A stretch of DNA of 64,000 nucleotides from Octopus vulgaris (lineage: Eukaryota), in contig OX597820.1 in the NCBI GenBank assembly GCA_951406725.2, positions 36,456,001 through 36,520,000 of the forward strand, read 5' to 3'. The notes beneath the pieces were generated by a model. It made no database searches. It had not been told where the DNA came from and saw nothing but the letters and a program-made list of their open reading frames with translations. The translations under genes and the position numbers were made by a program. Positions 62,923 through 64,000 of this stretch are shown here, one piece after another (positions within the stretch are counted from its first letter, which is position 1; each line of letters starts with the position of its first letter).

Positions 62923-63673
62923 GACATTGACATTGTATAAAGATTTTAATCTAGGTGCCTAATTTGAATTGTGTGTATGTGTGTGCATACCTTGTCTTAA
63001 CATCATACAGGAGCAATGTTGTTCATTACTAGTCTTCCATGAAAAACATGCCTGGCCATGGGGAAATATGACTTTGCTTGAAAACAGGTGAGAGTTGATA
63101 ACAGGAAGGGCGTCTGATCATAGAAAATCTGCCTCAATGAATTCCAACTGGCTCATGTAAGTATTGGAAAGTAAAAGAAAAGTTAAAACAACGATGATGA
63201 TGAAATCTCAGTTTTTTTGCAAACAGAGACTATGGCCAGCACTTTAAAGGTGGATGAGGGTGTACACCACCAAAAGCCACAATATTCCTCTAAAGATCAA
63301 CAACCCAAGTTATTATAAGCAAAACAGAATCCAAGAACTCTGTATTAACTGATATGACAGTAAGTAAATATTATCATCATCATTATCATCATTAGTTTAC
63401 ATCTGTATCTACATTGGCATGGGTTAGACAGTTCAATGGAGTCTAACAAGTCAAGGGTTGCATCATGTTCCAATGTCTCCATTTTACAATAGTTACTAAC
63501 AGCATAATTATAGTTATTAATGACACAATTGTGTTCAAGTGAATGCGAAACCAATATTCTGAACATGTAATTTTATTGACATTTGTTTATAAACTACTTA
63601 TAAAATGAAAGTAAATAAAAAGATCCTAGTAACTTCTTGTAGACAGCAACAATAGATAACATCTTCAACTCAC

Positions 63674-63683
63674 CTGATAAGGT
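63674..63683 (-). CDS. Candidate 10-nt micro-exon (ACCTTATCAG)
   Basis: Minus strand tttctttatattaatacAG|ACCTTATCAG|gtgagt. Strong donor; support is splice signals only. Confidence 0.25.
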
Positions 63684-64000
63684 CTGTATTAATATAAAGA
63701 AACTATATTAATATAAAGAAACTAAATGTGTAATACCAACAGCTAACAGAAGAACATTACATATAATGGTTCTAATCTAAGTAGCAACTGTTTTTTGTGG
63801 GGAGAGGGTATTACCAAGAACTACATTGGACAATGTGTTCTTTTATGATCAAAAGCATTCCCGCCATGACCATTTGGGATGGGGTGCATTATTTAACACT
63901 AGAAGGATTATAAATTATAGGTTGTTTGCACCAACTGTAAAAAGACTAAACTACATACTGCCTATAAGGATCACACATGTCAATTGGTGCATTGGCAACT

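Noticed and set aside
575-63566. Most ORF-track entries (poly-I, YIYI, HTHT, CVCV, poly-T/V/Y)
   Set aside because: They are translations of microsatellites or SINEs, with no domain signal or splice support.

Overview
AT-rich, repeat-saturated eukaryotic DNA. The SINE, RTE-tail and microsatellite repertoire is the one I recognise from octopus (coleoid cephalopod) genomes; species cannot be determined. No complete gene is present, and most ORF-track entries are microsatellite or SINE read-throughs. The window looks like large-intron sequence with one convincing 146-nt coding exon on the minus strand (18100-18245) and two weaker micro-exon candidates. Transposon content includes a decayed DD34D mariner interrupted at a TTAA by an internally deleted piggyBac, piggyBac/hAT/mariner/Mutator-type MITEs, RTE, CR1-group, R4/Dong and L1-Tx1 LINE relics, and many tRNA-derived SINEs. 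The most interesting signal is a set of type I hammerhead ribozyme (HHR) motifs of Penelope-like/retrozyme type. One with an intact core and an unusually long helix II lies in a 144-bp near-perfect fold-back whose other arm carries a core-mutated copy. A second intact-core motif is at 55.5 kb and several decayed relics occur elsewhere, nearly all 30-150 nt upstream of a (TA)n tract. All calls were made by eye, and boundaries of decayed repeats are approximate.
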